Both the position numbers and the translations under genes were made by a program. Shown here in pieces: positions 18,571-27,813 of a stretch of DNA of 64,000 bases (its first letter is position 1; every line of letters begins with the position of its first letter). The DNA lies in assembly GCA_963740835.1 (NCBI GenBank), contig CAVUFH010000003.1, positions 395,515 through 459,514 of the forward strand, read 5' to 3'. The notes beneath the pieces are model-generated. The model ran no database searches, was not told where the DNA came from, and saw nothing but the letters and a program-made list of their open reading frames with translations. Source of the DNA: an uncultured Actinomycetes bacterium. GTDB lineage: Bacteria; Actinomycetota; Acidimicrobiia; IMCC26256; PALSA-610.

Positions 18571-18894
18571 ATGGTCGAGCTCGCGACGCGATACCTGGAC
18601 GCGCTGGTGAGTCACGACCCGAGCGCGGTTCCGCTCGCGCCCGGCTGTACCCGGACGGAGCAGGGACGGAACACCGGCCGTAACGCGTCGGAGATTCGCG
18701 AACAGCTCGGGTCCGAGATCATGACGGGCATCACGGCCCTCCGTGATGCGCGTTGGTTCGTCGACGGCGACGAGGCAGTCGCGTTCTACGTGCTGGAGGC
18801 GTACGGCCGAACCGTCGACATCGCGGAACGGTTCACGATCCGCGACGGCTCGATCCACGAGATCGAGGCGATCTTCGATCTGTCCGGCCGCTGA
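18571..18894 (+). CDS. NTF2/SnoaL-like fold protein
   Basis: The 107-aa translation MVELATRYLDALVSHDPSAVPLAP...VDGDEAVAFYVLE...FTIRDGSIHEIEAIF fits the family pattern. It is divergent from the MFS gene. Confidence 0.6.
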   Translation: MVELATRYLDALVSHDPSAVPLAPGCTRTEQGRNTGRNASEIREQLGSEIMTGITALRDARWFVDGDEAVAFYVLEAYGRTVDIAERFTIRDGSIHEIEAIFDLSGR

Positions 18895-18898
18895 CCGT

Positions 18899-19315
18899 TC
18901 AGGACACGAGCTCGGAAGACCCCACGACGTGGGTGACGGGCAACTGGTACTGGCGCGCCAGCTTGTGCGGGAGGTCCCGCTTCAACCACTTCGACGCGCC
19001 CGGCGGCAACGTCGACAGGATGATCTCGTCGAACTCCTCGCGGCGGAGCGCGTCACCGACCGCGAGCATCGGCTTCTCGTCGCCGACCTCACCCGTCACC
19101 TCGATCCCCGACTCTCGGAAGCGCTCGAGCGCGTCGTCGAGTCGCCGTTGCGCGAGGGCGTGGGCTTCGCCTTCCGTCATGGACGCGTGCCCGCCCACGG
19201 TCGCGGGGACGACGAGGTGGAAGCGGGCCGGCCCGGCCTGAGATCGACCGACGACCTCAGCCACGAGTGGCGGGCCCGTGAGCGTGCGGTTGGCGACGAC
19301 GAGATAGGAACGCAT
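18899..19315 (-). CDS. Hypothetical protein (USP-like/adenine-nucleotide alpha-hydrolase-like pattern)
   Basis: It reads MRSYLVVANRTL...FHLVVPAT...FDEIILSTLPPGASKWLKRDLP. A GGGAGG SD precedes the ATG at 19315. Confidence 0.6.
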   Translation of the reverse strand: MRSYLVVANRTLTGPPLVAEVVGRSQAGPARFHLVVPATVGGHASMTEGEAHALAQRRLDDALERFRESGIEVTGEVGDEKPMLAVGDALRREEFDEIILSTLPPGASKWLKRDLPHKLARQYQLPVTHVVGSSELVS

Positions 19316-19372
19316 GGCGACCTCCCTCTTCGTTGCAGGGTAGGCCCGGCGCACCAACGCGTCGAGGGCAGT

Positions 19373-20143
19373 TCAGCGGCCGCGCCATACGGGTGGTCGC
19401 CCCTCGGCCGCCGCCCGACCGCCTTCGCTCGCGTCCTCCGTCGCGCCCGCGACCCGGCGCATGGTCTCACCGAACCGGATCGCCTCCACCGAGGACATCG
19501 CCTGCGTACGGACCGCGACTTCCTTCGTCGCGCGTGCCGCGAGTGGCGCGGCTCGTACCAACCGCGCGGCGAGCGCGCGCGCTTCGTCCATCAACGTGTC
19601 ATGCGGCACCACCCAGCCCGCGAGTCCGATCTCCTTGGCGCGCTCGGCCGGGATGCGCTCACCGGTGAGCAACATCTCCATCGCGTACTGCCAGTTGATG
19701 CGTTGGGGGAGCCGGATCGCACCGACGATCGTCGGGACGCCGATGGTGACCTCGGGGAAGCCGAACTCGGCGCGTTCGCTCGCGATCACGAAGTCGCACC
19801 ACGTCACGAGCGTCAACCCGTAGCCGATGCAGTAGCCGTTCACGGCCGCGATCACCGGCTTGAAGATCTCCCAGCCGCTCTCGAAAGAGTTGACCGTCGG
19901 CTTCTCCCAGAAGGTGCCCGCGAATTCGCCGGTCGAGCCCACGCCGTCGCGCAGGTCCGCGCCGGCGCAGAACGCGCGCCCGGCACCGGTGACGATCGCG
20001 ACCCAGGCGTCCTCGTCGTCACGGAACCGGGTGAAGGCCGCGTTGAGACCCTGCCGCATCTCGCCGTTGATCGCGTTCAGCGCTTCCGGCCGGTTGTACG
20101 TGATCGTCGCCACATGATCCGAGCACTCGTATCCAACGCTCAT
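19373..20143 (-). CDS. Enoyl-CoA hydratase/isomerase (crotonase) family protein
   Basis: It reads ITYNRPEALNAI, VTGAGRAFCAGADL, AAVNGYCIGYG and FGFPEV. Confidence 0.9.
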   Translation of the reverse strand: MSVGYECSDHVATITYNRPEALNAINGEMRQGLNAAFTRFRDDEDAWVAIVTGAGRAFCAGADLRDGVGSTGEFAGTFWEKPTVNSFESGWEIFKPVIAAVNGYCIGYGLTLVTWCDFVIASERAEFGFPEVTIGVPTIVGAIRLPQRINWQYAMEMLLTGERIPAERAKEIGLAGWVVPHDTLMDEARALAARLVRAAPLAARATKEVAVRTQAMSSVEAIRFGETMRRVAGATEDASEGGRAAAEGRPPVWRGR

Positions 20144-20161
20144 GACGGCAATGATGGCGGA

Positions 20162-20530
20162 ATGCTCGATCACCTTTCGATCCAATGTGTCGATCCGGAG
20201 GCCAGCGGCCGGTTCTACGACGCGGTGCTGGCGACGATCGGTGGAAAACGCGTGATGGAGTTCGGGCCGGTCGTCGGCTACGGCGTCGACTCCCCGGACT
20301 TCTGGATCGGCCCCGTCACGACCGGCGTCGACTCCCGCGAGGTACACATCGCGTTCACCGCGCCCGATCGCGCCGCGGTGACGGCCTTTCGCGATGCGGC
20401 CGTCGCGCTGGACGCGGAGGTGCTGCACGAACCGCGCCTCTTCCCCGAGTACCACCCGACGTACTTCGGTGCGTTCGTCCGCGACCCCGACGGCAACAAC
20501 GTCGAGGCCGTCTGCCACACGCCGGAGTAG
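20162..20530 (+). CDS. VOC/glyoxalase-fold protein
   Basis: It reads MLDHLSIQCVDPEASGRFYDAVL...HIAFTAPDR...GAFVRDPDGNNVEAV. Confidence 0.8.
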   Translation: MLDHLSIQCVDPEASGRFYDAVLATIGGKRVMEFGPVVGYGVDSPDFWIGPVTTGVDSREVHIAFTAPDRAAVTAFRDAAVALDAEVLHEPRLFPEYHPTYFGAFVRDPDGNNVEAVCHTPE

Positions 20531-20575
20531 TCACCGGCCCACGCGCGAATCAGGCGGGCCGCGTACGGTTACGCC

Positions 20576-21247
20576 GTGGGCGCGCGGCCACGGATCACCG
20601 CGGCGGGACGGCGGCGCGTCGAGGCCGCCCTGATTCGTACCGGGCTGTTGCTCGTGCAGGGGCAGGCCGAGATCCCGAGCGTCGCCGACCTTCTCGCCGG
20701 CGCACCGGTCACGACGCGCGGGTACTCCTGGGACTACGTGCCCGCGTGGGACCTGACCGACGAATACGAGAACACCGATGACGTCGCGGTGGTGAAGCTG
20801 TTCCGCGGCCGGCGCTCGCTCGTACACCGCCGGCTGTGGCCGGCGGTCGACGCGCTCGCGATCGCGGCCCGCGAGCAGGTGCTGGCTCGACCGGTCCGCA
20901 CCGACGCCCGCCGATTCGCCGTGCTCGTGGAATCGCGGCCCGGGATCCCGATGGGCGAGCTGCGCGACGAGCTCCGGCTCGAACGGCGCGCGTTCGACCG
21001 GACCAAGCGCGACCTCGAGCAGTGGCTGTGCGTGTACGGGCGTGAGCGCGAAGACGTCGATTTCCACACGCACGAACCCGCACTGTTCCCGTGGTCGGCC
21101 GGCGCGATCGGTCGGGCGTGCCGGCGCGGCCGCCCGCTCACGGTCGACGCGGCGATCGAGACCCTGCTCGAGGCGGTGGGAACGGGCGCGGCCCTCCCGG
21201 CGGCGCGGCTGTTCCCGGCGGCCAGGCTGCTCGTGCCGGGGGAGTGA
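20576..21247 (+). CDS. Hypothetical protein
   Basis: The 223-aa ORF has a protein-like composition and G/C-rich third positions. I recognise no motif with confidence. Confidence 0.55.
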   Translation: MGARPRITAAGRRRVEAALIRTGLLLVQGQAEIPSVADLLAGAPVTTRGYSWDYVPAWDLTDEYENTDDVAVVKLFRGRRSLVHRRLWPAVDALAIAAREQVLARPVRTDARRFAVLVESRPGIPMGELRDELRLERRAFDRTKRDLEQWLCVYGREREDVDFHTHEPALFPWSAGAIGRACRRGRPLTVDAAIETLLEAVGTGAALPAARLFPAARLLVPGE

Positions 21248-21324
21248 CCGGCCGATAAGCTGGGTATCTGCACATCGCGTGCAGCGACGCTGGCCGTCAA
21301 CCATCGTGGCCGGGAGTGACCAAC

Positions 21325-21368
21325 TTTTTTTGGGCGAACCTGTTTTTGGGCGAACTGTTTCTGGGGGG
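21325..21368 (+). repeat. T-rich tandem direct repeat (TTTTTGGGCGAAC(C)TG x2 plus partial TTTCTGGGGGG) immediately upstream of the next gene
   Basis: Read directly at 21327-21342, 21343-21357 and 21358-21368. It includes a T7 run, which is exceptional in this GC-rich window. Confidence 0.8.
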
Positions 21369-21374
21369 TCCTTC

Positions 21375-22461
21375 GTGGCCGTAGACGTCCGCAAGATCGG
21401 TATCTGGATGGTCGTCGCGGGCGGCGCGCTGATGTCGGTCGGGCTCGTCGCCGACGCGGTGCGCCACGCCGACGACCCCACGCTCGCCGCGCGCGAAGGC
21501 ATCTTCGACCTCGCGAGCCTGCCGCACGCCTTGTTCTTCGGCGGCATCGCGCTCGCGATCCTCGGGCTGTTCGCGCTCGTTGCCGGCACCCAGTTGTACA
21601 CGCCGGGCCAGCGCGTCACCGTCGGCCGGCGCCTGTTGCAGGTCGGTGCTCCGATGGCCGCCGTCGTCCTCATCGGAGGCTGTGCGGCCTTCGCCGGCAA
21701 TTCGAAGCTCGCCGACCCCGCCACAACCGCGGCCGGCGCCACTGACGCGCATGCGGCCAGCCACGGCGAGACCGCGCCCGCGGCGGCGAGCACCGACGCG
21801 CATTCGGCGACGCACGACGAGACGAGTGCGGGATCGACGGCGCCGGCGGTCGCGCCGAAGCCGTACGACCCGACGCAGCCCATCGATCTCGGCGGCGTTC
21901 CGGGTGTCACGCCGGCGGAGCAGGCGCGCGCCGAGAACTTGATCGCGGTGACGCTCGCCTACCTTCCCCACTTCGCCGACTACCACACGGCCGAAGCCGC
22001 GGGCTACAGCTCGATCGGCGACGCGCTCACCGGTGATGAGCACTTCATCAACCCGGCGCTCTTCGACGACGGTCGCATCCTCGATCCGCAATACCCCGAG
22101 TCGCTCGTCTACGAGCCGGACCGGGCGACTGGCGGCAAGAAGCTGGTCGCCGCGATGTTCATGCTCGCGCCGAACCAGACGCTCGACGACGTCCCCGACG
22201 TGGGTGGCGCGCTCGACGCAATGGCACATCCACAACAACCTGTGCTTCACCGCGCAGGGCCGCGTCGCCGGGCTCACCAACCAGACCGGCGGCTGCCCGG
22301 CCGGGCTGAACAAGGGCAACGCGGCGCCGATGATCCACGTGTGGATCACGCCCAACAAGTGCGGTCCGTTCGCCGCGCTCGAAGGTGTCGGTGCCGGCCA
22401 GGTGAAGGCGGGCGAGACGCGCCTGTGCGACACCGCGCACGGTTCCCACGACGGCGGCTGA
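21375..22461 (+). pseudogene. Membrane-anchored exported His/Cys-containing protein of unknown function; reading frame disrupted near 22213-22218
   Basis: It has two N-terminal TM helices and a duplicated TDAHxAxH(G/D)ET linker, followed by a domain that continues in another frame (…DVPDVGGAL | TQWHIHNNLCF…MIHVWITPNKCGPF…). The GTG start at 21375 is uncertain. Confidence 0.55.
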
Positions 22462-22515
22462 GCTCCGCCTGAACCCACCCGCCCGCGGCTGAGCTGCCCG
22501 GGCCGGCGTGCCATC

Positions 22516-22971
22516 GTGGATGCCGTGGACACGCGCGTGCGCGTCATCGGACGCCGGGTGATCGTCTCGACCGTCGTCGCGCTGCAACTCGGGTTCGTCG
22601 TGCGCGGGTACAACTCCGCGCACAAGGAGTTCGCCTACCAGATGTTCGCGGAGTCCACGGATTGGCGCGCCGACGTCGTGCGCGTCACTTCCGATGGCCG
22701 GCGGGTGCCGGTCGAACAACGGTGGTCGGGCTACCAGTGGGGCGACCTTGTGCGCGACCGCGGGCTGTACGACCCCGCGACGCGACACCACGCCGATGCG
22801 AGCATCGACAACCAGCTCGCGTTCCTCCATGAGGCGCTCGACTACGTCGCGACCCACACGCCGCGTGATACGGAGACCGAGTACCTCGAGGCAACCGTCA
22901 CCTACTGGAAGGACGCGCACGCGCCCAAGGTCGTCGTGCTGCGCAGCGAGCCGCGCGAGTTCGCGGCGTGA
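22516..22971 (+). CDS. Hypothetical protein with an N-terminal TM helix, translationally coupled to the HTTM gene
   Basis: The 151-aa ORF has a TM helix (VIVSTVVALQLGFVV). Its stop overlaps the GTG start of the next gene (GTGA at 22968-22971). Confidence 0.6.
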   Translation: MDAVDTRVRVIGRRVIVSTVVALQLGFVVRGYNSAHKEFAYQMFAESTDWRADVVRVTSDGRRVPVEQRWSGYQWGDLVRDRGLYDPATRHHADASIDNQLAFLHEALDYVATHTPRDTETEYLEATVTYWKDAHAPKVVVLRSEPREFAA

Positions 22972-24119
22972 GTGCCCGCCCGACGTGGGCGCGGGTCGAC
23001 GGCGCGCTCGGGCGCCGGGTCAGCATGCGCGCGCTCGCCGTCCTGCGGGCCGCCGCGGGGCTGGTGACGCTGCTGCACCTGCGTCCGTTCCTCGAGAACG
23101 CCCGTCATGGCCTGATCTACCGCGACGCGTTCTACCAGCCGTACGCGTCGTGGTACCCCGAGCTCCCGCGCGCGCTGTACATCGCGATGTTGTGGATCGC
23201 GGTCGTCGCCGCGATTGCGATGGCGGCCGGGCTCTTCACGCGAGTCACGACCGTGACGACGTTCGCGATCGTGTCGTACAACCTGTTCCTCTCGACCACC
23301 AACATGCACAACAACCGTGCCTACCTGCTCGTGGTGCTCGCCGTGCTCGCGGTCACGCCGTGCGGGCGGGAGTTCTCTGCCGATGCCTGGCTGCGCGCGC
23401 GCTACGGCCTGCCCGCTCTCGACACGTACGCACCCGCCTGGCCGCTGCTCCTCCTCCGCTTCGAAGCGTGCGTGGTCTACGGCGCGTCCGGCGTGAGCAA
23501 GCTGCTCGACCCGGACTGGATCGGCGGCCGGGTCACGTGGGACCGGATGGTGCACCAGCGTCACTACCTCCAGACCCGGACACCGACCCCCGACTGGTTG
23601 ATCTCGGTGCTCACCGATCGGACGTTCCACACGTTCGCGGCGAAGGTGATCGTGTTCACCGAGCTGTTCATCGCGGTGGGGTTGGCCGTGCGCGCGACGC
23701 GCTACGTCGCGGTGTGGGTCGCGGTCTGCTTCCACGTGGCGATCGAGCTGTCGGCATCGGTGCAGGTGTTCTCGTACATCGCGATCGCGGCGCTCTTGAT
23801 CTGGGCCGTGCCGTCGACGCGCGACCGCGTGCTCGAGTTCGATCCGACCGATACCGACGCGAGACGGTTCGTCGCGTTCGTGCGCGGGCTCGACTGGCTC
23901 GCGCGGTTCCGCGTCGTTCCCACGCCGCCCGGCTCACCGATCCGGGTCGTCGATCGGAACTGCACGATGACGGAAGGCGGCCCCGCGCAGGTGTTCGCGC
24001 TGAGCCGCCTTCCCGTCACTGCTTGGTTCACCCTGCCCCTGCTGCTGCTTCCCTCGGTACGAGGGGCGCGGGGCGCGGACGCGATCAGAGGTGCGCGAGC
24101 ACGTTCTCGCAGGAGCTGA
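22968..24119 (+). CDS. HTTM (vitamin K-dependent gamma-carboxylase-like) multi-pass membrane protein with a C-terminal extension
   Basis: LAVLRAAAGLVTLLHL...YQPYASWYPELP...NNRAYLLVVLAVL...SKLLDPDWIGG is typical of HTTM. The last ~90 aa resemble a Cys-less DCC/DUF393-like region. Confidence 0.8.
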   Translation: MSARPTWARVDGALGRRVSMRALAVLRAAAGLVTLLHLRPFLENARHGLIYRDAFYQPYASWYPELPRALYIAMLWIAVVAAIAMAAGLFTRVTTVTTFAIVSYNLFLSTTNMHNNRAYLLVVLAVLAVTPCGREFSADAWLRARYGLPALDTYAPAWPLLLLRFEACVVYGASGVSKLLDPDWIGGRVTWDRMVHQRHYLQTRTPTPDWLISVLTDRTFHTFAAKVIVFTELFIAVGLAVRATRYVAVWVAVCFHVAIELSASVQVFSYIAIAALLIWAVPSTRDRVLEFDPTDTDARRFVAFVRGLDWLARFRVVPTPPGSPIRVVDRNCTMTEGGPAQVFALSRLPVTAWFTLPLLLLPSVRGARGADAIRGARARSRRS

Positions 24120-24567
24120 CGTCGACACCGGGCTTGGGTTCGACGTCGAGCTCGGTGAACACACCGTCCTCGATCACCGCGGCGTAGCGCTGCGAGCGGA
24201 CGCCGAGACCGACACCGCCGTCGAAGTCCAGCCCCATCGCCTTGGTGAAGTCGCCGTTGGCGTCGGCGAGCATGAGGATCTTGTCGCCCGCGCCCTGCGA
24301 CTGGCCCCATGCATCCATGACCCACGCGTCGTTCACCGCGACGCAGACGATGCGGTCGACGCCCTTGGCGAGCACCTCGTCGGCGCCCTGCACGTAGCCG
24401 GGGAGGTGCACCTTCGAACAGCCGGGCGTGAACGCGCCGGGCACCGCGAACAGCACGACCTTGCCGGCGCCGAGCACCTCGCCGGTCTGGACCGGCTTCG
24501 GCGTCCCGTCCGCACCGAGCGTGCGCACCTCGACGTCCGGGACCTTGTCACCAACTGCGATTGCCAT
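24085..24567 (-). CDS. Peroxiredoxin (Prx5-like/type 2, AhpC/TSA superfamily)
   Basis: The 160-aa ORF has LFAVPGAFTPGCS with the peroxidatic Cys, and NDAWVMDAW. Confidence 0.9.
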   Translation of the reverse strand: MAIAVGDKVPDVEVRTLGADGTPKPVQTGEVLGAGKVVLFAVPGAFTPGCSKVHLPGYVQGADEVLAKGVDRIVCVAVNDAWVMDAWGQSQGAGDKILMLADANGDFTKAMGLDFDGGVGLGVRSQRYAAVIEDGVFTELDVEPKPGVDVSSCENVLAHL

Positions 24568-24695
24568 GGATTCGTCCTCTTGGTCTTGAAGCGGTTTCGG
24601 GCGCCACCGTACCCAGGGCCGATCCCCTTCAGGCTCCCCGGCAACTCTGCGGCGGCTCTCGGTCGGTTCACGGTCGCGCCCCGTTGGCTGGTCCG

Positions 24696-25772
24696 GTGGC
24701 GAAGCGCTCGAGACGCGGACTGGGAAGACGCCGATGGGCCGCGCTCCTCGCGAGCGGGGTGCTGCTCGCGAGTTGCGGCGGGACCGCCGCGTCGAACGCG
24801 CCGGCGAGCGCGCTCGTGGCGATCGGCGCAGGGTTGCAGGGTCAGCGCGGACTGCGCGCGACGACATACGCGACCGGTCTGACGCACGCCGCGGCGTTCG
24901 CGTTCGACAGTTCCGGTCGGTTGTGGATCGCGACCGCGGCCTACGAGGACGGCGGCGACGACGCGGTGTACGTCGTGAGCACGGCCGGTGCGGCGCCGAA
25001 GAAGGTCATCGACGGGTTGCACACACCGCTCGGCCTGCTCTGGGTCGACGGCGATCTGTACGTGTCGTCGCACGAGCGCGTCGATGCCTACCGCGACTTC
25101 GACGGCACCGCGTTCGCGTCGTCGGCGAACATCGTGACGTTCCCAGCCGGTGTCGGGGAGAACAACGGGCTCGCAAAGTCGCCCGAGGGCCGCATCCTCC
25201 TCGGCATCTCGGCGCCGTGCGACGCGTGCACGCCGCCCTCCGAGTACTCGGCCGCGATCGTGTCGTTCGCGCCGGACGGCACCGACCTGCGCGTCGACGC
25301 GAGCGGGATACGCGCGCCGATCGGTCTCGCGTACTACCCCGGCACGAGCGACCTCTTCGTGACCATGAACCAGCGGGACGATCTCGGCGACGACACGCCC
25401 GGCGACTGGCTCGCGGTCGTCGCCGAAGGCTCGCAGTGGGGGTTCCCCGAGTGCTACGGGCAGACGTCGGCCGCGTGTTCGAGCGTGCCCGCACCGGTGG
25501 CAACGCTCGACGAGCACGCCGCGGTGAGCGGGATCGCGATCGTGACGGGTGAGCTCGGGCGGGCGGTCGGCGACGCCGCGATCACTGCGGAGTGGGCCGA
25601 CGGGAAGCTCCTCGAGGTGGCGCTGACGCCTTCGGGCGCCACCTACAAGGGCATGGTCTCGACCTTCCTCACCGGGATCAAGAACCCGGTCGCGGTCGTC
25701 GTCGGGCCCGACGGCGCGCTCTACGCCGGCGATTGGTCGACGGGCTCCGTCTACCGAATCGCGACCGCGTGA
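24696..25772 (+). CDS. PQQ-dependent sugar (glucose/sorbosone) dehydrogenase-like beta-propeller lipoprotein
   Basis: It has the lipobox LLASCGG and the propeller-type blocks GIRAPIGLAYYP, NQRDDLGDDTPGDWL and SQWGFPECYG. The GTG start at 24696 is uncertain. Confidence 0.75.
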   Translation: MAKRSRRGLGRRRWAALLASGVLLASCGGTAASNAPASALVAIGAGLQGQRGLRATTYATGLTHAAAFAFDSSGRLWIATAAYEDGGDDAVYVVSTAGAAPKKVIDGLHTPLGLLWVDGDLYVSSHERVDAYRDFDGTAFASSANIVTFPAGVGENNGLAKSPEGRILLGISAPCDACTPPSEYSAAIVSFAPDGTDLRVDASGIRAPIGLAYYPGTSDLFVTMNQRDDLGDDTPGDWLAVVAEGSQWGFPECYGQTSAACSSVPAPVATLDEHAAVSGIAIVTGELGRAVGDAAITAEWADGKLLEVALTPSGATYKGMVSTFLTGIKNPVAVVVGPDGALYAGDWSTGSVYRIATA

Positions 25773-25892
25773 TCCGGCGTCCGCGGCGAGTTCTCCGGAA
25801 CCTCCCAGTTGGACCGGGGCCGGTTCCCGGGTGCGGCGGCTTTGCTGGCACACGCCAACCAGGACCGAACGAGGAAAGGAGGTGCACGACAC

Positions 25893-26159
25893 ATGAGACC
25901 CAAACTCAGTCACATGGCTGCGGCGGCCGCGATCGCCGGGTTCCTCGGGTTCGGCGGGATGTCTCTCGCCTATGCCCAGGATTCCGGCTCGAGCGGGACC
26001 ACCGGGACGACCACGGAGAACCCGTCCACGACGGCTCCGGCTCAGGGCTCGACGCCCGCTCCCGGAACCGACCACCAAGGGGGCTGCCCGAACATGGGCG
26101 GATCCTCGGGCGGTTCCTCGAGCAGCGGTTCGTCTTCGACCGAAGGCAGCTCGCTGTGA
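25893..26159 (+). CDS. Small secreted Ser/Gly/Thr-rich protein
   Basis: A strong SD (AAGGAGG) precedes the ATG. The signal peptide ends at AYA|QD, and the ~60-aa low-complexity mature part has a single Cys (HQGGCPNMGG). Confidence 0.5.
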   Translation: MRPKLSHMAAAAAIAGFLGFGGMSLAYAQDSGSSGTTGTTTENPSTTAPAQGSTPAPGTDHQGGCPNMGGSSGGSSSSGSSSTEGSSL

Positions 26160-26237
26160 TCTGACGGCGCGCGGCGCTCGGGGTGCCTCATCGCCCCGGG
26201 CGTCGTGCGTCGGTCGACCTGAAACGCGACTGCCGTG

Positions 26238-26642
26238 TCAGGCGCGTTCCAGCACGACCACCGGGATGACCCGGCCCGCCGTCTTCTCGTAGTCGGCGAA
26301 GCCCGGCATGAGCTGCTTCTGGCGCGCCCACAGCCGGTCGTGTTCCTCGCCTTCGGCGACGCGCGCGGTGAACGGACCGGTCTCGGTTCCGACCTCGACC
26401 GTGACCGCCGGGTTCGCCTCGAGGTTGTAGAACCAGTCCGGGTTGGTCGGCGCGCCCGCTTTCGATGCGAAGACGACGAGTCGATCACCGTCTTCCTGGT
26501 ACGCGAGCGGATTCACACGCTCCTTGCCGCTCTTCGCGCCGGTGGTGTGCAACAAGAGCATCGGCGCGCCCGCGAAACCGCCACCGAGCCGTCCCCCGTT
26601 CGCTCGGAATTCTTCAATGATCCGCTGGTTGAAATCGGCCAC
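26238..26642 (-). CDS. Deazaflavin (F420)-dependent nitroreductase-family oxidoreductase (Ddn-like)
   Basis: It reads NQRIIEEFRANGG...LLLHTTGAKSGKERVNPL...NPDWFYNLEANP. Confidence 0.85.
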   Translation of the reverse strand: MADFNQRIIEEFRANGGRLGGGFAGAPMLLLHTTGAKSGKERVNPLAYQEDGDRLVVFASKAGAPTNPDWFYNLEANPAVTVEVGTETGPFTARVAEGEEHDRLWARQKQLMPGFADYEKTAGRVIPVVVLERA

Positions 26643-26787
26643 GGGCGCAACGTAGCCGTGCGGGAACCGGCGCCGATTCCCGCGCCCGCGGGCACCTCTC
26701 AGTCACCTCTCAGCTGAGGCTGCGCAACTTCACGTGCGCGCGGTGTTGGCTGTTCCCCAACGCTTGACGCACAAGGAGCTCAAAACA

Positions 26788-27813
26788 ATGGACGGAAACG
26801 CGCGCCCCGAAGAGGTGCTCGAAGAAGCGCTGTTCGAAGCGAAGCGCGTGCTCGTGGGCCAGGATCTCATGATCGAACGGCTCTTCGTGTGCTGGCTCGC
26901 ACGCGGACACTGCCTGCTCGAAGGCGCGCCCGGTCTCGCGAAGACACTCGCCGCGGAGACGGTTGCGCGCATCCTCGGCGGCAGCTTCGCCCGATTGCAG
27001 TTCACGCCCGACCTCGTTCCCGCCGACCTCGTCGGCACCCGCATCTACCGGCCGTCGCAAGAGGCGTTCGACATCGAGCTCGGCCCGATCTTCGCCAACG
27101 TCGTGCTCGCCGACGAGATCAACCGTGCCCCCGCGAAGGTGCAGTCGGCGCTGCTCGAGGTCATGGCCGAGCGGCAGGTGTCCATCGGCGGCGTGACGCA
27201 CCCGGTACCCGCGCCCTTCCTTGTGCTCGCGACGCAGAACCCGATCGAGAGCGAAGGGGTGTACCCGCTGCCGGAAGCGCAGCGTGACCGCTTCCTCATG
27301 AAAGTGCTCGTCGACTACCCGTCCGGTGCCGAGGAAGCCGCCATCGTCCGCCGCATGAGCGTCGACCCGCCGCGGGCCCGCCAGATCTTCACGCCGGACC
27401 ACATGCAGGGGCTCCAGCGCGCGGCCGACGAGATCTTCGTCCACGACGCGGTGCTCGACTACGCGGTTCGCCTCGTGCTCTCGACGCGTCAGCCGGAAGC
27501 GCACGGCCTCGAAGACATCAAGGGGTTCATCGCGCACGGCGGCAGCCCGCGGGCCACGTTGGGCCTCGTGGCGGCGGGTCGCGCGCTCGCACTGATGCGC
27601 GGCCGCAACTACGTGATGCCGCGTGACGTGTTCGACGTCGCCCGCGACGTCCTGCGGCACCGCGTGCTGCTCTCGTATGAGGCATTGGCCGACGGCGTGA
27701 CGCCGGAAGACGTCGTCACGCGGATCGTCAGCACGGTCGGCGCGCCGCGCGTCACCCCGACCCAGGACGGGCCCGTGTTCGAACGGGCTACTGACGTCGC
27801 TGTCGCGTCGTGA
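26788..27813 (+). CDS. MoxR-family AAA+ ATPase
   Basis: It has LLEGAPGLAKT (Walker A), VLADEINRAPAKVQSALLE, and ATQNPIESEGVYPLPEAQRDRF. An AAGGAG SD lies upstream. Confidence 0.9.
   Translation: MDGNARPEEVLEEALFEAKRVLVGQDLMIERLFVCWLARGHCLLEGAPGLAKTLAAETVARILGGSFARLQFTPDLVPADLVGTRIYRPSQEAFDIELGPIFANVVLADEINRAPAKVQSALLEVMAERQVSIGGVTHPVPAPFLVLATQNPIESEGVYPLPEAQRDRFLMKVLVDYPSGAEEAAIVRRMSVDPPRARQIFTPDHMQGLQRAADEIFVHDAVLDYAVRLVLSTRQPEAHGLEDIKGFIAHGGSPRATLGLVAAGRALALMRGRNYVMPRDVFDVARDVLRHRVLLSYEALADGVTPEDVVTRIVSTVGAPRVTPTQDGPVFERATDVAVAS

Noticed and set aside
16202-18572. 646-aa plus-strand and 775-aa minus-strand ORFs over the MFS locus
   Set aside because: They are off-frame or antisense shadows of the MFS gene. 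Both are Arg/Gly/Pro-rich with no TM helices or motifs.
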